Assembly (NCBI GenBank): GCA_030141605.1
Contig: JAQGDQ010001285.1
Coordinates: forward strand, 1-49,714
Length of the DNA: 49,714 nucleotides
From: Tubiluchus corallicola
Lineage: Eukaryota; Animalia; Priapulida
Direction: 5' to 3'
Part shown: positions 46,040 through 49,714 of the stretch, one piece after another
Layout of the letters: every line of letters begins with the position of its first letter
Numbering within the stretch: position 1 is the stretch's first letter
Made by a program: the position numbers and the translations under genes
Notes under the pieces: generated by a model
The model's input: only the letters and a program-made list of their open reading frames with translations
What the model was told of the DNA's origin: nothing
Database searches by the model: none

Positions 46040-47452
46040 CTACTGAATTTTAAGTAACTCTACTACACTTTCTATATGATGTGTGTGAGGAAACATATCT
46101 AATGTTTGCAATCTATTGACTGTGTAATTGTGTTTCATTAGGCTCAAGTCTCTTGCCAAGGTAGCCGAATTACAACTTACATATACAATTTTTTTAGGAG
46201 CTATTTTTAAAAGCACTTCTGTCACCTCTTTATCCATTCCATTACGAGGTGGGTCAGTTATTACTACATCAGGCAAGCCTTTCTTTGCAACGAATTCCTC
46301 ATTCAGCACTTTTTTCATATCTCCTGCAAAGAAGGAAGTATTTTCAATATTATTCAATTTTGCATTTTTCTCTGCATCTTCAATTGCTTCAGGCACATAC
46401 TCAATACCTACTACTTTTTTGGCTTTGCTTGCAGCGAAATTGGCAATAGTTCCAGTTCCTGTGTATAGGTCATATACCACCTCGTTGCCTCTCAACTTAG
46501 CGAAATCTATTGCCACTTTATACAAATTCAATACTTGATAACTATTCGTTTGAAAAAACGACTTAGCCCCAATTTTAAACCTAATGCCCTCCAACTCTTC
46601 TACAATGTAGTTGTTCCCCTTGTATACTCTCACCTCTAAATCGTTTATTGTGGCGTTCCCCTTTGGATTAATTACATACAACAATGAGTTTATTTCGGGG
46701 AACTGCTTTGCTATAAAATCCAGCAAAGCCTCTCTATTCTCCTTATCCTCGTAGAAAAACGACAAAAGCACCATTACATCGCTCTTCAAAGAGGTGCGTA
46801 TAGTTAGGTTACGCAACCAGCCTTCGTTCTTAGCACTGTCGAAAAAAAGGAAATTATGTTTTATAGCAAATTTTCTCACAGCATTACGAATAGCATTAGA
46901 AGGTTCTCTTTGCAGATGACATTTTTCAATGTTTACTATTTTGTTAAACATTTTTGGAATATGAAATCCCACACCTCTACGTTCTATGTTTTCTTCTTTA
47001 TTTGCAATTTCTTCGTCCAACAGCCATCGCCTATGTGTGAAAGAATATTCCAGTTTATTCCTATAATAGTATTTTTTAGGCGAAGCTATAATGGGAGAAA
47101 TCTTAGGAAGGTCTATTTTACCTATCCGAACTAAGTTCTCAACTACTTCTTGCTCCTTATATTTCAGCTGAATAGAGTAGGGAAGGTTTTGCCATTTACA
47201 CCCTCCGCATAGTCCAAAATGCTGACATTTTGGCTCAACCCTGTCTTTTGATAATTTCACATATTTTATAGGGTAGCCTTCTATAAATCCTTTGCGTTTT
47301 CTTGTAACTTGTACGTCTACTATATCTTTTGGCACAGTATTTCTTACAAATATTACTTTGCCATCTATTTTCCCAATAGCTTTTCCTTCTGCTGCAAAAT
47401 TTTCAATGCTTATATTTTCCAATATAGGTAATTTCTTCTTTCTTCTTCCCAA
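46040..47452 (-). CDS. rlmD: 23S rRNA (uracil-1939-C5)-methyltransferase
   Basis: TRAM domain, CQHFGLCGGCKWQ Fe-S motif, SFFQTN, DLYTGTGTI, DPPR, YVSCN and DMFPHTHHIE; TTG start. Confidence 0.96.
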   Translation of the reverse strand: MGRRKKKLPILENISIENFAAEGKAIGKIDGKVIFVRNTVPKDIVDVQVTRKRKGFIEGYPIKYVKLSKDRVEPKCQHFGLCGGCKWQNLPYSIQLKYKEQEVVENLVRIGKIDLPKISPIIASPKKYYYRNKLEYSFTHRRWLLDEEIANKEENIERRGVGFHIPKMFNKIVNIEKCHLQREPSNAIRNAVRKFAIKHNFLFFDSAKNEGWLRNLTIRTSLKSDVMVLLSFFYEDKENREALLDFIAKQFPEINSLLYVINPKGNATINDLEVRVYKGNNYIVEELEGIRFKIGAKSFFQTNSYQVLNLYKVAIDFAKLRGNEVVYDLYTGTGTIANFAASKAKKVVGIEYVPEAIEDAEKNAKLNNIENTSFFAGDMKKVLNEEFVAKKGLPDVVITDPPRNGMDKEVTEVLLKIAPKKIVYVSCNSATLARDLSLMKHNYTVNRLQTLDMFPHTHHIESVVELLKIQ

Positions 47453-47550
47453 AATTAAACAGTGTTAAATTTTAAAATTTTTCATATTGTAAAGCTATAA
47501 CGCTCAGATTTTGTAGTATGAAGCGACAGTTTGCTTTATGCAAAAAATAC

Positions 47551-47558
47551 TATCTTTG
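47551..47558 (+). promoter_or_regulatory. Bacteroidota promoter (TATCTTTG, with TTTG at 47530-47533)
   Basis: Both consensus boxes lie upstream of the 47593 ORF. Confidence 0.65.
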
Positions 47559-47592
47559 CGTTTCAAAAGTAAATAATTTTTAGACTGTAGAT

Positions 47593-48819
47593 ATGAAAAA
47601 AAGAGCTATTACTCTATTATTGCTTTTATTCTTTTGCACTCTGCAGGCACAGGAAGATACTACTTTTACTGTTTTTCAGCCTATTAAGATAAGTCTAAAT
47701 CAAGAAGGTACGCAGTATATGAGATTTATATTTTGGAATCAAATATCAGCCAATAGTTCTGAATTTGGAGAGCCTTTTGACATGGATCTCTCTATTAAAA
47801 GAGCTAGGTTGCTTAGTTTTCTCAATGTAGAAGACAAATTTTTATTGGTTTATCACATAGGTTTAAATGGTCTGGATATATCTAATATGAGCGGGAGTGG
47901 AGGAGAAGGAGGCAGGATACGACTACACGATGCCTGGGGTGAATTCACAATATTTAAAAATTATTTGTATGCAGGAGCAGGCTTGCACTATTGGAATGGC
48001 TTATCGCGATTATCATCTACATCTACTACATCCCTACTTACTTTAGACCCACCCAATTACAACTTTCATTCGCTTGGCTTGACAGACCAAATAGCACGAC
48101 ATCTTGGTATGTATGTCAAGGGAAGTGTCAATAAATTCTATTATCGTTTGGCTCTCAACGGTGCAATGGAAAATAGTGAAGATGCAGGTGAGCCGCTCTC
48201 TCAAAATCTAAGCTATCAAACTTCTTACCTATACGATAAAAAGGGTAAAAAACTATATGCTGGGTATTTAGAATATCAAATATTTGACCAGGAAAGCAAT
48301 ATGTTGCCTTACAGAAAAGGCAGCTACTTAGGAGAAAAAAAAATATTCAATATTGGAGCAGGTTTTTTCTATCATCCTGATGGTACAGTAAAACTTGATA
48401 GTAATAATGATACCATCACCAGAGATGTATCGCATTTTGCCGTAGATTTATTCTACGAAAACTCCTTAGGAAAAGGAACTATAACAAGTCTGATAGCTTA
48501 CTATAACTTCAACTACGGAGGAGAGTTTATGGCAAGTAGAGAGCAAGGCACTGGCTCTGTTTTGTTTGGCCAGCTGGGCTACTTGCTTCCACGGTTTAGC
48601 TCTGCATTTAGGCTACAACCTTACGTAACGGGCAACTTTAAAACATACAAAGGCTATGATGAAAATGGATATGAATTAAATGTAGGAGCTAATATATTGT
48701 TTGCAAAACACCAAGCCAAGTTTATTGTAGAATACTATCTCCATCAGTCGCCTTATATAAAAAGCGACCCTATAACCAGTAATCAAAAAATAAAAACACA
48801 AATACAAATATCTTTTTAA
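47593..48819 (+). CDS. Outer-membrane beta-barrel protein (putative porin)
   Basis: Signal peptide, amphipathic beta-strands, LHDAWGEF and GAGLHYWNGLSR motifs, C-terminal QIQISF. Confidence 0.8.
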   Translation: MKKRAITLLLLLFFCTLQAQEDTTFTVFQPIKISLNQEGTQYMRFIFWNQISANSSEFGEPFDMDLSIKRARLLSFLNVEDKFLLVYHIGLNGLDISNMSGSGGEGGRIRLHDAWGEFTIFKNYLYAGAGLHYWNGLSRLSSTSTTSLLTLDPPNYNFHSLGLTDQIARHLGMYVKGSVNKFYYRLALNGAMENSEDAGEPLSQNLSYQTSYLYDKKGKKLYAGYLEYQIFDQESNMLPYRKGSYLGEKKIFNIGAGFFYHPDGTVKLDSNNDTITRDVSHFAVDLFYENSLGKGTITSLIAYYNFNYGGEFMASREQGTGSVLFGQLGYLLPRFSSAFRLQPYVTGNFKTYKGYDENGYELNVGANILFAKHQAKFIVEYYLHQSPYIKSDPITSNQKIKTQIQISF

Positions 48820-49061
48820 CCTTTGTAGATCACCTCTTTTTTGCTAATTATAGCTTTTGTGTTGGCAGGGTAATTAAAGATACAAGGAGCAAAAGAAATA
48901 AGAGTATTGCAAAGAACATCTAAAACCGTACTGCATACAAGAACACAGTTTTTTACACAAAGTTGCATATTTGCTTTTTTATATTTATATTTGCATTTTA
49001 ATTATATTTGCATTTTAATTATATTAATGAATCTAAGTTAAATTATAGACATAACTAATTT

Positions 49062-49714
49062 ATGAAAACAGTTTTTAATATGACAACAGTTTTGAAGCCT
49101 ATCACAGTACTATCATCTTTTATAGTACTATTATCCTTTATTTTTGTATTGGGATGTAAAAAGGACGATGAGGAAGCTCCTCCTCTCTCTAGTGGAAAAG
49201 ACATTACGAAGTTTGATTTTGAGGCAGACAATAATGATGAATTGACAGAAGATGTGGAAGGAGATATTTCAGAAGAAGACGGAACGATTACATTAATAGT
49301 ACCCTTTGACACAGATCTAAATGGATTGGTTCCTACCATAGAAATAACAGGAGTCAATGTCGATCCCGCCAGTGGAGAGAAGAAAGATTTCACAAGCTCA
49401 TTAACCTACACGGTAACAGCAGCAGATGGTAGCAAAAAGGGCTATACAGTAACAGTAACTGTAGGACAACCAAGTTCAGAATGTGACATTACGGAATTTA
49501 AATTTGAGGCAGACAAAAATTCGAACGTATTAAGCGACGATGTGGACGCAGATATTACAGACGATACGATTACGTTAACAGTCCCCTATGGCACAGATCT
49601 AAGTGAAAACTTGATAGCCAGCTTTGAGGTATCGGAAAACGCAGCAGTAACGGTAGATGGGAAACCTCAAACAAGTGGCGCAACGTCAAATAATTTTAGT
49701 AGTGATGTAACCTA
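49062..49714 (+). CDS. Surface lipoprotein with tandem Ig-like (DUF5018-like) domains, cut by the window edge and absent from the ORF track
   Basis: Hand translation MKTVFNMTT...FIFVLGCKKDDEE..SSGKDITKFDF..ITLIVPFDTDL..DFTSSLTYTVTAADGSKKGYTVTV, then a second similar domain; open to the end of the window. Confidence 0.85.
   Translation, partial: MKTVFNMTTVLKPITVLSSFIVLLSFIFVLGCKKDDEEAPPLSSGKDITKFDFEADNNDELTEDVEGDISEEDGTITLIVPFDTDLNGLVPTIEITGVNVDPASGEKKDFTSSLTYTVTAADGSKKGYTVTVTVGQPSSECDITEFKFEADKNSNVLSDDVDADITDDTITLTVPYGTDLSENLIASFEVSENAAVTVDGKPQTSGATSNNFSSDVT

Noticed and set aside
22781-49393. Short ORFs overlapping or antisense to bacterial genes (for example 22794-23246, 26418-26729, 42319-42627, 46128-46538, 49055-49393, 29676-29903, 33668-33856)
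   Set aside because: Shadow or spacer ORFs without motifs; 49055-49393 is antisense to the real lipoprotein and 33668-33856 overlaps tRNA-Cys

Overview
The window has two parts. Bases 1 to about 21,930 look like non-coding animal nuclear DNA: microsatellites, 43/74/74/81-bp minisatellites, LINE remnants and MITE-like elements, with no credible host CDS. The ORFs called there are repeat translations or chance ORFs, apart from one LINE remnant. Two ribozyme-bearing retroelement relics stand out. One is a 0.5-kb internally deleted RTE-type LINE with a perfect 19-bp target-site duplication, whose 5' end is a twister ribozyme. It sits inside the other, a fold-back element with TATA / minimal-hammerhead / AATAAA arms resembling Penelope pLTRs. 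From about 21,930 to the end the sequence is a gene-dense, AT-rich Bacteroidota chromosome segment with TAnnTTTG promoters and a T9SS cargo protein. It carries an FGE-domain lipoprotein, AraC, a K+ channel, frameshifted purU, tyrS, cvpA, three tRNAs, recO, GH2 and GH53, HU and HU-TM-LysM, an S74-type fibre protein, a TonB-dependent receptor, a GT4, rlmD, a porin and a truncated lipoprotein. The junction has no gap and appears to cut a bacterial gene after 10 codons. It is either a chimeric assembly of host and associated bacterium (more likely) or a very recent bacterium-to-animal insertion; sequence alone cannot decide. All calls were made by eye, without database searches.
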